A stretch of 64,000 nt of DNA from an uncultured Phycisphaeraceae bacterium (GTDB taxonomy: Bacteria > Planctomycetota > Phycisphaerae > Phycisphaerales > UBA1924). The stretch covers positions 14,432 through 78,431 of the forward strand of contig CAYJPX010000004.1 in NCBI GenBank assembly GCA_964372195.1, written 5' to 3'. Both the position numbers and the translations under genes were made by a program. A model generated the notes under the pieces. That model did not search any database. It saw nothing but the letters and a program-made list of their open reading frames with translations, and had not been told where the DNA came from. Positions 40,180 through 51,887 of this stretch are shown one piece after another. Position 1 is the stretch's first letter; every line of letters starts with the position of its first letter.

Positions 40180-41664
40180 ATGCGTGCGTCCTCGGGGTCG
40201 GATCGTCTGGAGGCCACGCTCATGCTCCTCTCCGCTGCTGTCCGTCGGGTTGTCCTGCCCGCCCTCCTGCTTGCCGCACTGGTCCTCCCGGGCCGGGCGT
40301 TGGCCCAGACCAACCCGGTCGAGCCCTACTACGCCGCCACGACCCGGGCCGATGTCCCGCTCAAGAGCGGCGACATGGACGGCTACTACCCAGTCGCCCT
40401 GCTCCCGGCCGGGCAGGTGCTCTGGATCGATGCCGAGGGCGCCGGGTGGGCCAGGGTTGCCTATCCCCCCGGGCTGAGCGTCTATGTCCGCGCCGACGAG
40501 GTCCGCGAGGAGCCCGGCGGCCGGTCGGTGGTGCTCACCAAGGTCAGCGCCCTCAAGAGCCGGAATGCCACCGCCGGGTTCGCCCAGAGCTGGCAGCGGG
40601 CGGTGCCCCGCAACGAGGAGCCGGCGATCGGGACCAGGCTGGTGGTGATCGAGGCGATCGTCGGGCCCGACGGCACGACCATCGGGTACGAGGTCGAGCC
40701 CCCCGCGGTGGTGCGGGGCTATGTCAAGGCCGAGGCGCTCCGCGCGGCGACCGATGCCGAGGTGCAGGCGTACCTGGCCACCGCGCCCAAGCCCGGGGAC
40801 GAGCCGGCGGCCGAGGATGAGCCGGTGGTCGAGGAGCCCGTGGTCGAAGAGCCCGTGGTGGACGAGCCGCCGGCCGACGAACCCGCCGACGAGCCCGCGG
40901 CCAATCCCGCGGACGATCAGGCCAACCCCGCCGAAGATGGCGGCGTGCTCGAGCCCATCGTCCCGCTGGGAGAAACTCCCGTGCGCACCCAGCGCGAGCC
41001 CGACTCGGGGCAACCCGAGGGCCCGGGCGACGAGAGCCCGGTCGTCATCGACCAGACGCCCGCGGACACCACCCCCGAGTCGCGACTCGTCGGCACCCTC
41101 ACCCACCTCGCCGAGCTCTTTGCCCAGGTGCAGAGCCAGAACAGCGACACCGCCGAGCTCGACGAGCTGGCCGCCGAGTTCCGCCGGGCGATCTCGGCGC
41201 AGGGGAATGATGTGATCGGCGAGCGGATCCGCACCGCACTTGGCCAGCGGCTCCAACTGGTCGAGACGCGTATCGCCGCCCGCGACCTCCGCCGCGGCCT
41301 CCGGGCCAAGCGCGAGGCCATCGACGCGACCTACGCCTCGGTCGCGGGCCGCGTCCGCGAGCTGGAGGCCACCCGGGGCTATCAGTTTGTCGGGCGGCTG
41401 GTCCGCAGCAGCGTGTACGACGGCGTGCGTCTGCCCCTGATGTACCGCATCGTCAGCGTCAACGAGAGCGTGCCCCGCACGCTCGGCTACATCGTGCCCG
41501 ACGAGTCGATGGATATCACCGGCAAGCTCGGCGAGATCGTCGGCGTGCTGGGCACCTCGCAGCTCGACACGGCCCTCAACCTGCGGCTGGTCACGCCCAC
41601 GCGCGTCGATGTCCTCGCCGCCGAGGGGCTGGGCCTGCCGACCCCCGCCGAGCCCGGCGCCTAA
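40180..41664 (+). CDS. Secreted SH3-like domain protein with an acidic (E-P-V-V)n linker and a helical C-terminal region
   Basis: Signal peptide ...LLLAALVLPGRALAQ. The SH3b-like segment is VPLKSGDMDGYYPVALLPAGQVLWIDAEGAGWARVAYP. A tandem EPVVEEPVVEEPVVDEPPADEPADEP follows. Confidence 0.55.
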   Translation: MRASSGSDRLEATLMLLSAAVRRVVLPALLLAALVLPGRALAQTNPVEPYYAATTRADVPLKSGDMDGYYPVALLPAGQVLWIDAEGAGWARVAYPPGLSVYVRADEVREEPGGRSVVLTKVSALKSRNATAGFAQSWQRAVPRNEEPAIGTRLVVIEAIVGPDGTTIGYEVEPPAVVRGYVKAEALRAATDAEVQAYLATAPKPGDEPAAEDEPVVEEPVVEEPVVDEPPADEPADEPAANPADDQANPAEDGGVLEPIVPLGETPVRTQREPDSGQPEGPGDESPVVIDQTPADTTPESRLVGTLTHLAELFAQVQSQNSDTAELDELAAEFRRAISAQGNDVIGERIRTALGQRLQLVETRIAARDLRRGLRAKREAIDATYASVAGRVRELEATRGYQFVGRLVRSSVYDGVRLPLMYRIVSVNESVPRTLGYIVPDESMDITGKLGEIVGVLGTSQLDTALNLRLVTPTRVDVLAAEGLGLPTPAEPGA

Positions 41665-41669
41665 GGCCC

Positions 41670-42953
41670 GTGCCGGCCGACGCCCCACAGCCCGCCCCGC
41701 CCGCCGGTTTGCGGTTCGCCCAGGCAGTCTCGACCTCCGCCGACGCCGCCATCGCGGTCGGTGAACTAGTCGAGCAGCTCGGGGAGCACACCGGGCCCGA
41801 TCTGCTGCTGGTCTTTCTCTCCGCCCACCACGCGGAGGAGGCCGGCTCGATCGGCGCCGCCCTCGGGCGGGCGCTCCGGCCTGGCGTGCTGCTCGGCGCG
41901 ACCACCGACGCGGTGATCGCCGGCAGCCGGGAGCTGGAGCGGACCCCCGGCGTCGGCGTGCTCGCTGGCCATCTGCCCGGCGTGCAGGTGCACCCCTACT
42001 TCAGCGAATCGCTGGAGCACTCGGCCGCCCAGGGTGAGGCGGGCACGCTCGCCATGCGGCGGTTGATCGGCGCCTCGCCCGCGCTCCGGGCCAGCATCCT
42101 CCTGGCCGACCCCTTCAGCACGCCGCTGACGCGGATGATCCCGCTGCTCAACGGCGCGAGGCTCGGCGACCGGTCGGGACGCCCCGCGGGGTCGATCATC
42201 GGCGGGCTGGCGTCGGGCGGCGCCAAGGCCGGGGAGAACGCCCTGCTGTTCAACGACCGGGTGTTCCGCTCGGGGTTTGTGGGCGTGAGCCTCTCGGGGC
42301 CGGTGCGGATCGACGCGGTCGTCAGCCAGGGCTGCCGTGCGATCGGCGAGAACATGGTCATCACCAAGGCCAAGAACAATGTCATCTACGAGCTGGGCGG
42401 CAGGCCGGCGCTCGATGTTCTCCGCGACACGCTCGACACCCTGGGCGAGCACGAACGCGAGCTGCTCAAGCGCGGGCTCTTCGTCGGGCGCGTCGTCAGC
42501 GAGTTCAAGGACCACTACGGCCGGGGCGACTACCTCATCCGCAATGTCGCGGGCGTCAACCCCAAGACCAACTTCATCGCGGTGCACGACCTGATCCGCG
42601 TGGGGCAGACGGTGTGCTTCCACATCCGCGACGCCCAGACCGCCGAGGAGGACCTCGAGCTGCTCCTCGACGCCCAGCAGCTGCACGGCCCGCCCGCCGG
42701 GGTGCTGCTCATCACCTGCACCGGGCGCGGGCGGAACCTCTTCGACCACCGCGACCACGATGCGCGGGCGATCCAGCGGGCGTTCGTGGAGGCCGAGCCC
42801 GGGGCCGAGCAGGCCAAGTACGGGCGCGTGCTCAACGCCGGCAGGCCGGGCATCCCGCTCGCGGGCTTCTTCGCCGCCGGCGAGATCGGGCCGGTGGGAG
42901 ATGCGAGCTATTTGCACGGGCACTCGGCGTGCGCGGTGATGTTCAGGGAGTAG
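41670..42953 (+). CDS. FIST_N/FIST_C domain sensory protein
   Basis: GTG start. DLLLVFLSAHH, VIGGLASG, a FIST_C-like LFVGRVVSEF...CFHIRD, and FFAAGEIGPVG at the C-terminus. Confidence 0.75.
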   Translation: MPADAPQPAPPAGLRFAQAVSTSADAAIAVGELVEQLGEHTGPDLLLVFLSAHHAEEAGSIGAALGRALRPGVLLGATTDAVIAGSRELERTPGVGVLAGHLPGVQVHPYFSESLEHSAAQGEAGTLAMRRLIGASPALRASILLADPFSTPLTRMIPLLNGARLGDRSGRPAGSIIGGLASGGAKAGENALLFNDRVFRSGFVGVSLSGPVRIDAVVSQGCRAIGENMVITKAKNNVIYELGGRPALDVLRDTLDTLGEHERELLKRGLFVGRVVSEFKDHYGRGDYLIRNVAGVNPKTNFIAVHDLIRVGQTVCFHIRDAQTAEEDLELLLDAQQLHGPPAGVLLITCTGRGRNLFDHRDHDARAIQRAFVEAEPGAEQAKYGRVLNAGRPGIPLAGFFAAGEIGPVGDASYLHGHSACAVMFRE

Positions 42954-42963
42954 TGGGACGGCG

Positions 42964-43518
42964 TCAGCCGTAGACCAGGTATGTCTGCAGGAATAGCCAG
43001 CAGACCGACGCGGTCCAGCCGAGGAGCGATCCCCAGAGCAGAGTGCGTCGAAATTGGGCGGTGCTGCCGAGCAAACAGCACGCGCTGCAGAACACCAGCG
43101 CGGCGCCGAGCGGGACAAGGGCGGACTCCCAGTCGAGGTCAAAGCCCCTGGCGCGCATGGCGTTGCCGATCACGACCGGGTCATACCGGCGCTGTTGTAG
43201 TGCGTAGGACCAACGGTGGGCCGCCTCCACGAGCCGCCAGAGCAGGGCGTGGGCGGCGAACGCGACGCCCCATACCACGGCCAGGCGGGCGAGGACCTTG
43301 CCAGGGATTACAGTGCGTGGTCGACGATTCCGCGGGGCGCCGGGATGGGCGCTGCCGCACTCGGGGCACGGGGCCGAGTCCGGAAGACCGGAGAGGTCAT
43401 AGCTGCAGCGCTGGCACCGGCCCTTGCCCCTGGGGTAGTACACCTCGGCTCGCTCCTCGCTGCTCGCCAGGATGACGAGCAGGCCGACGACGCTGAGCAC
43501 GGCGAAGATCGTGAGCAT
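42964..43518 (-). CDS. Hypothetical membrane protein with an N-proximal zinc ribbon
   Basis: A TM helix, then CQRCSYDLSGLPDSAPCPECG, then three or more further TM segments. Confidence 0.5.
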   Translation of the reverse strand: MLTIFAVLSVVGLLVILASSEERAEVYYPRGKGRCQRCSYDLSGLPDSAPCPECGSAHPGAPRNRRPRTVIPGKVLARLAVVWGVAFAAHALLWRLVEAAHRWSYALQQRRYDPVVIGNAMRARGFDLDWESALVPLGAALVFCSACCLLGSTAQFRRTLLWGSLLGWTASVCWLFLQTYLVYG

Positions 43519-43555
43519 CGTCTCGTTTACGACACGGGGCTTGTCCGGTTCGACC

Positions 43556-44224
43556 CTACTTCATAGGGTCCCAGATGCTGTCCCGGATGTCATTCTCCCA
43601 CTCGGACTCTTCCAGGTAGATCAGGAACTCGTCCTCCGTCATGTCGGCCTCGCGGGCCCACTCGCGGATGTCCTCGTCGAAGAGTCGGTTGAAGCTGAAC
43701 TCGTTGACCTTCCAGACGCCGCCTTCCCTGGTGAACTCGGCGACGAGCCCGGAATCGTCGCCGTCCCAGTCCTTGATGACGGCGTAGGCGACATCGCCCC
43801 AGACATCGATCTTGCCGATGTCGTCCTCGTAGGCGGTGTCCTCGTCGTCCCAGGCGAGGTACCAGCACTCACCGGTGGCGTGCCGCTGGTAGGCGGCGCC
43901 GTCCATGCCCTGGACCTCGCGGCGCGTCATGCGGTTGCGGATCTGAATGATCTGCCACTTGTCGGCGGGGTAGAGGGCGAGTACCTGATCGCGCGTGCCG
44001 TCGAGGGCGAGGTTGACCAGGCGGGTGTACTCGTCGAGGGCTTCGCTCGACATACACGCGACGGCCTTGGCCCCGTCGCACTCCTGGTTGGCCTGGTCGA
44101 GCTGGCGGAGGCAGGCGCGGATGGCGGCCTTGTCTTCGGCGTGCGGGTCCTCGCAGCCGGTGAGCATCAGGGCGGCGAGAACGGCGAGCGGTGCGACGAT
44201 TGTGGTGTGTGGTTTGTACCCCAT
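43556..44224 (-). CDS. Hypothetical acidic lipoprotein
   Basis: Lipobox LTGC. Coherent ORF. Family not recognised. Confidence 0.55.
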   Translation of the reverse strand: MGYKPHTTIVAPLAVLAALMLTGCEDPHAEDKAAIRACLRQLDQANQECDGAKAVACMSSEALDEYTRLVNLALDGTRDQVLALYPADKWQIIQIRNRMTRREVQGMDGAAYQRHATGECWYLAWDDEDTAYEDDIGKIDVWGDVAYAVIKDWDGDDSGLVAEFTREGGVWKVNEFSFNRLFDEDIREWAREADMTEDEFLIYLEESEWENDIRDSIWDPMK

Positions 44225-44304
44225 GCGGGGAGTGTAAAGAGGAACCTAACGGCGTGCAAGTGGGCCTGGGGCTGCCCCGGGGAGGTTGGGATCCGGGCCC
44301 GTCC

Positions 44305-45702
44305 TTAGACCGGTCGCGCCGGCTCGATGACCCCCCGGCACTCCCCGAACCCGATCCGCCGGAACCCCTCGCGCTCGCAGTAGGCCTTGATGATGACCTC
44401 ATCGCCGTCGGCGAGGAACTTGCGTTCTTCGCCGGTGGGGAGCTTGATGGGGGTGCGCTGGGCGCCGGGGACGATCTTCGGCGGGTTGGCCCAGGGGTCG
44501 CCGTCCCAGGTGAGTTCGAGGAGGCAGCCGCGGCTGTCGCGGGTGGGGCCGCTGATGGTGCCCGAGCCGAGCAGGTCGCCGGGCTGGAGGTTGCAGCCGT
44601 TGACGGTGTGGTGGGCGACGAACTGGGCGAGGGTCCAGTACATGTGGCGGAAGGAGCCCTTGGAGAGGCGGACGGGGGCCATGCCGCGTTTGCGCATGTC
44701 GGCGGAGGCGAGGTAGGCCTCGCAGGTGATGTCGATGCCGCCGCGGGCGCGGTTGGATTCGCTGTCGAGGTAGGGGAGGGGCTGCGGGTCGCCGGGGGGG
44801 CGCTCGAAGGCGGGTGTGCGGAAGGGGGCGAGGGCCTCCATAGTGACGATGTAGGGGCTGACGGTGGAGGCGAAGTTCTTGGCGAGGAAGGGGCCGAGGG
44901 GCTGGTACTCCCACTTCTGGATGTCGCGGGCGGACCAGTCGTTGAGGATGCACATGCCGAAGATGTGGTCCTCGGCCTGGTCGAGGGGGATGGGAGTGCC
45001 CAGCTCGTTGCCGCGGCCGATGATGGCGCCGAGTTCGAGCTCGTAGTCGAGGAGCTTGCAGGGGCCGAAGGCTGGCTGCGCTCCGGGCTCCGGCGGCTCG
45101 GTCTGCCCGACGGGCCTGCGGATCGGCGTGCCGCTGGGGACGATGGAGGATGCGCGGCCGTGGTAGCCGATGGGGATGTGCTTGTAGTTGGGGAGGATGG
45201 GGTTGTCGGGGCGGAACATGGAGCCGACATTGGTGGCGTGGTGGAGTGAGGCGTAGAAGTCGGTGTAGTCGTGGATGGTGATTGGGACCAGGCAATCAAC
45301 CGCTTCGATCGGATGAAGCAATGCGTCTCGGTGCTTGTGATCTCGGAGTTCGCTGGTCTCGCTTCTCAGCAACATCGAGAGACGCGCGCGGAGCGCGTGG
45401 TGGTTGGCCGTGGTTCCTTGACGGAGCAAGACATTCGCAGATTCGCGATGGATACCGAAAAAGTCTTCACCGATGACTGATTCGAGCATGCTGAAAGGCG
45501 GCTCCGACAGGCGATGAACATCGAGAATCTCGTCGCCGATTCGGACGCCCAGGTTCGGTCCATTGGGTTCGCCGTCACCCATTGCGCGGGTGAATGCGCA
45601 AAGTGGCAGGTTCTGAATCGGGAAGTCCGTCTCCGGGTCGTTCGCCGACTCGACCCAGCTCTCGAGCTTGGGGTCGTGGGTCTCGTTGATGTCGTAGGGC
45701 AT
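44305..45702 (-). CDS. fahA: Fumarylacetoacetase
   Basis: DFPIQNLP in the N-terminal domain, then ITIHDYTDFYAS, IGYHGRASS, LDYELELG and NDWSARDIQKWEYQPLGPF. Confidence 0.9.
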   Translation of the reverse strand: MPYDINETHDPKLESWVESANDPETDFPIQNLPLCAFTRAMGDGEPNGPNLGVRIGDEILDVHRLSEPPFSMLESVIGEDFFGIHRESANVLLRQGTTANHHALRARLSMLLRSETSELRDHKHRDALLHPIEAVDCLVPITIHDYTDFYASLHHATNVGSMFRPDNPILPNYKHIPIGYHGRASSIVPSGTPIRRPVGQTEPPEPGAQPAFGPCKLLDYELELGAIIGRGNELGTPIPLDQAEDHIFGMCILNDWSARDIQKWEYQPLGPFLAKNFASTVSPYIVTMEALAPFRTPAFERPPGDPQPLPYLDSESNRARGGIDITCEAYLASADMRKRGMAPVRLSKGSFRHMYWTLAQFVAHHTVNGCNLQPGDLLGSGTISGPTRDSRGCLLELTWDGDPWANPPKIVPGAQRTPIKLPTGEERKFLADGDEVIIKAYCEREGFRRIGFGECRGVIEPARPV

Positions 45703-45760
45703 GGATGCTCCTTGCTAGTGCGTGCTGAGACGGGATTCATGCAGCGATGTTCCGTTCTGC

Positions 45761-45866
45761 AGCCCCGGAGGGGCGACCGGAATGTAGCCACGGGTGGAGT
45801 CCGCCGCAGGCGGACGGAACCCGTGGTTGAGTGTGGCATACAGGCAGAGCCCCGGAGGGGCGAGGG
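45761..45866 (+). repeat. Structured palindromic element, copy A (REP-like: GTAG plus hairpin, flanked by GCCCCGGAGGGGCG)
   Basis: AGCCCCGGAGGGGCG-n8-TGTAG-CCACGGGTggagTCCGCCgcaGGCGGAcggaACCCGTGG-n-AGCCCCGGAGGGGCGA. Confidence 0.85.
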
Positions 45867-45914
45867 AATCGCTCTCGCCGTGCTGAGACCCGAGTTCCCG
45901 CTCCCACGATTCCT

Positions 45915-46030
45915 TCGCCCCTCCGGGGCTTATATCGAGGGCAGAGGCTATCCACGGGTTGCGCTTCGTCCGCCGTCGGCGGACTTCGCTCCACCCGTGG
46001 CTACAGCCTTGCGCCCCTCCGGGGCGGGGA
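45915..46030 (-). repeat. Structured palindromic element, copy B (inverted relative to copy A)
   Basis: The reverse complement reads CCCCGCCCCGGAGGGGCG-n-TGTAG-CCACGGGTggagcgaagTCCGCCgacGGCGGAcgaagcgcaACCCGTGG-n-AGCCCCGGAGGGGCGA. Confidence 0.85.
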
Positions 46031-46079
46031 GGCAGCGGATCGCATGTGGCGGAAGAAGCAGGGAATCTCGCACCGCCCA

Positions 46080-47018
46080 TCACAGCCACCCCAGCTTCTG
46101 CAAATCCGCCACCGGCTCCTCAAACGAGCACGAGCCGATCGAGATCGCGAAGGTCTCGCGGGTGTGGGCCAGGTCGAGCGCGTCGAGTGACTGGCGACGC
46201 CACCGGGCGGTGTCTTCCTCGAACGCGAACTGCCCCGGGTCGCGCTCTTCGAGCAGGTCGATGACCATCTCCCGCGAGGCATCGCGCGTGCGCACAAAGG
46301 CGGCCGCCAGGAAGAGGTTGACAAACCCGTGCATCGTCCCGGTCGGGCTGTCGGCCTCGTAGGTGAGCCTCTGCTCGGCCCGTAGCGGGTGGTGCAGGCC
46401 GGCGGTGGCCTTGAACGCCACGCCCGCCCCACGGCAGGCCAGCAGGAAGTCGGCGACCTGCTCGCTGGTGGGGAAGGCATCCGGTGTGACCCCGCCGCAG
46501 CGGATCTTGGCGCACGCCTCACCCCCGGCAAGGGCCGCGATGAACCCGCGGGGGTCGGTGTTGCTCGGCACTTCGAAGAACGGCGTCATATCGTCGGGGA
46601 CCAGGTCGATCGCGTCGTCGATCATGCCCGGGCTGGTGGCCCGCAGCTCGATGGAGTCGACGCGGGCCAGGCCGTGGTCCTCCTCGCCGTGGTGCTCGTC
46701 GAAGGCGTCGATGAGTTCGAGGGCCTCCTCCAGGTCGACATCGACGACCGCCGAGATGCTCCAGGGGTCGAGGATGTCGGCGTGCTCGCGGTAGCCGCTG
46801 GTGGCGTAGGTGCCGGGCATGAGCACCGCGGCGGCCTCGGAGAGCTTGTGGAGCGAGCTTGCGGGGCAGACGATACGCCCGAGCATCGGGGCGTGGGGGC
46901 CCATGCGGGCGCGGGCGTAGTGCTCGCTGGCGTGCGCCATGTCGAGCCGGGCGGGGGGGAAGAGCCCGGCGTAGTCGAAGAGGCCGGTGGTGAGGTTCGT
47001 GAGGGTGCGGGTGGGCAT
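46080..47018 (-). CDS. Conserved hypothetical protein (family not recognised)
   Basis: 312-aa ORF with an ATG start and high GC3. I cannot assign any motif. Confidence 0.6.
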   Translation of the reverse strand: MPTRTLTNLTTGLFDYAGLFPPARLDMAHASEHYARARMGPHAPMLGRIVCPASSLHKLSEAAAVLMPGTYATSGYREHADILDPWSISAVVDVDLEEALELIDAFDEHHGEEDHGLARVDSIELRATSPGMIDDAIDLVPDDMTPFFEVPSNTDPRGFIAALAGGEACAKIRCGGVTPDAFPTSEQVADFLLACRGAGVAFKATAGLHHPLRAEQRLTYEADSPTGTMHGFVNLFLAAAFVRTRDASREMVIDLLEERDPGQFAFEEDTARWRRQSLDALDLAHTRETFAISIGSCSFEEPVADLQKLGWL

Positions 47019-47058
47019 GGGGGGAGGATAGTGCCACCGCCCAGCCGAGTCCGCGTGC

Positions 47059-47202
47059 TCAGCGGGTCTTGACCAGCTTCGCTCTGCGGAGGGTCTCCGC
47101 CCTGAACGCGGCGCTACGGGCCAGCTTGGTGGCCACTTGCTTGGTCCGTACGGCCATCGGCGTGCGATTGGCCTGCTGCGGTGTCACGGTCCTAGAGGCC
47201 AT
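47059..47202 (-). CDS. Possible small basic protein (47 aa) overlapping the end of the ART-like gene
   Basis: The ATG at 47202 overlaps the upstream TAG stop (ATGGCCTCTAG). MASRTVTPQQANRTPMAVRTKQVATKLARSAAFRAETLRRAKLVKTR. GC3 is about 85%. Too short for the ORF track. Confidence 0.35.
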   Translation of the reverse strand: MASRTVTPQQANRTPMAVRTKQVATKLARSAAFRAETLRRAKLVKTR

Positions 47203-47779
47203 CCTCGATCTCCTTGGGCTTCACGAGCCAACAGCCAAGTATACACTCCACATTCCGCACACACAACTGAATATGGGTCTGGTGATACAGCCAACTCCGC
47301 TGCCAGAGCCGCTCCTTGCCGCTGGTCGGCACATAGACGGCCCGACAGGTGTCGATGGGCTCTCCCTCGGCTTCGAGGGCCGTGTAGGCGTACTGGAGTG
47401 TGGCACAATCGAGGTACTTGTCCGCATTTCGGTTGCGGGGGGCGGTCTCGCCGGACTCCTCGAACGCCTTGAGCATCTGTTTGTGGATCGTCACCACCCG
47501 TTTGGAATTGTCGGGATCCAGAAGATCCAAGCACGCCCCCAAGCGGATCATCGCGCCAATGACCGCGATTGGTCGTCGCTGTTTCTTGTACCGATGCGCA
47601 GCCCACTGCCAGGCCTGTTGGGGCGCGTACTCCCAGAAGTAGACTCCATGTCCAAGCCAGTCATTGTTGTTCCTGGAGTACTTGAATGTCCTGTCACCCG
47701 CCACGATCTCCAGCGCGGTGGACTTCAGTGTCCCGTGATACCCAATAACCGTGCGGTGGTAGTCCCTGAATACCGGCAT
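47192..47779 (-). CDS. Putative ADP-ribosyltransferase-fold protein (PARP-like / DUF3990-like)
   Basis: N-terminal VIGYHGT...(28 aa)...LGHGVYFWEYAPQQAWQWA reproduces the H-G-[ST] ... G-x-G-x-Y-F ... A..WA spacing of PARP-type ART and DUF3990 proteins. GC is clearly lower than in the neighbours. Confidence 0.55.
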   Translation of the reverse strand: MPVFRDYHRTVIGYHGTLKSTALEIVAGDRTFKYSRNNNDWLGHGVYFWEYAPQQAWQWAAHRYKKQRRPIAVIGAMIRLGACLDLLDPDNSKRVVTIHKQMLKAFEESGETAPRNRNADKYLDCATLQYAYTALEAEGEPIDTCRAVYVPTSGKERLWQRSWLYHQTHIQLCVRNVECILGCWLVKPKEIEDGL

Positions 47780-47799
47780 TCACGGAGTGTACCAGGGCT

Positions 47800-50640
<2,841 letters not shown>

Positions 50641-50769
50641 GGATCCTCCTTCTTTGGGCCCCGGCGTTGCGGCCGGGCCACAGGTGGGTGAACTTGCCAG
50701 GGGACACCCGTGCCTGGATCGGCTTGCCGCGGTCCGGGCAGCATCGATGTCCACAGCAAATGTAGCCCG

Positions 50770-51774
50770 CTACCCGCCCGCTTTGGCGTCTGTTGGTGTG
50801 GCGTTCGTGACTTCTGCCCCCCGGATCGCACCCAAAAGCACCAGGCTCGCCCGGATGGTCGGATCGGAAGAGTTCACCAGCTCGCCCGACACCACCCCGC
50901 CGCACAGCCCCAGCGGCGCGTAGGTCGGCACCACCACCACCCGCCCGCTCAACGCCTCGCTCCTGCCGATCGAGATCCGGACCTCGCTGTCGAACGCCTC
51001 GCCCATCACCAGCCCGGGCACCGGCTCGGCCCCGGCCGCCAGGCGCTCGACCCCGCCGAAGCGGATCTCAAACCGCCCCCAGGTCAGCAGCAGGTTCATC
51101 TTCTGCCCCAGCGTGAAGGCCTGCTCGATGAGCTTGGCGAGGGTCGGGTTGTCGCTGGCCCCGTCGCCGAAGGCCAGCAGCGCCATCATGCCGTAGACCC
51201 CGGGTCTCAGGCTGTCGAGCGAGACCTCCGGGTGCGGATTCTCCCTCGGCGAGTCGTCGGCTCCCGTGGCGATGGCGTACCCGCCGCCGATCCGAGCCAC
51301 CTCGATCGGGCCGTAGTCCAGGAAGATCTCCGCCAGTTGCCCACGCCGGTCGGAGAGCTCCTCGCCGGCGGCATCAAACAGCCGGAGCCGGGTGGCCCGC
51401 GTGGGCGATTCGATCTCGATCTCGTCACCGAACACCCCGACCTTGCGCCGGAACTTCGACCGCTTGCCCGGCCCTTCGAGCAACTCCACCAGCAGCATCC
51501 GGTCGGTCCGCTCGGCCCCCCGCGAGAACGACAGCCCGAGCAGCACCTGGTCCCCCGTCCGCCACGCCGAGATTGAATCGGCCGTCTCGACCCCCGCCAG
51601 CAGCCCCGCAGCCCCGGGGAACCGTGTTGCCAGCCCGGGGGCGGTGGGGGCCTTCAAGGCGGCCGCGACCGCCCCGGTCACATGCGGCGTCGTGCCGCAG
51701 CCGGGCTGGAGGCCGAGCAACAACACCACCCCCGCCCCGACCAATCCGGCCCAGAGTCGCATCACCGCCAGCAT
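50770..51774 (-). CDS. Hypothetical lipoprotein
   Basis: MLAVMRLWAGLVGAGVVLLLGLQPGC lipobox. Family not recognised. Confidence 0.55.
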   Translation of the reverse strand: MLAVMRLWAGLVGAGVVLLLGLQPGCGTTPHVTGAVAAALKAPTAPGLATRFPGAAGLLAGVETADSISAWRTGDQVLLGLSFSRGAERTDRMLLVELLEGPGKRSKFRRKVGVFGDEIEIESPTRATRLRLFDAAGEELSDRRGQLAEIFLDYGPIEVARIGGGYAIATGADDSPRENPHPEVSLDSLRPGVYGMMALLAFGDGASDNPTLAKLIEQAFTLGQKMNLLLTWGRFEIRFGGVERLAAGAEPVPGLVMGEAFDSEVRISIGRSEALSGRVVVVPTYAPLGLCGGVVSGELVNSSDPTIRASLVLLGAIRGAEVTNATPTDAKAGG

Positions 51775-51887
51775 CGCCGGGCTTGGGGCATATGTCAATG
51801 GAGCATTCGGACAACAAGGGTGCGCCGGCCGGCGCCATGGCCTCGCGCCGGCGCGGCCGGGGCCGGGCGTCCCGGTACACTCCGTTT

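Noticed and set aside
43869-45299. A 476-aa Ser/Pro/Thr/Ala-rich minus-strand ORF overlapping fahA.
   Set aside because: It is an out-of-frame shadow of the fumarylacetoacetase gene with extreme low complexity.
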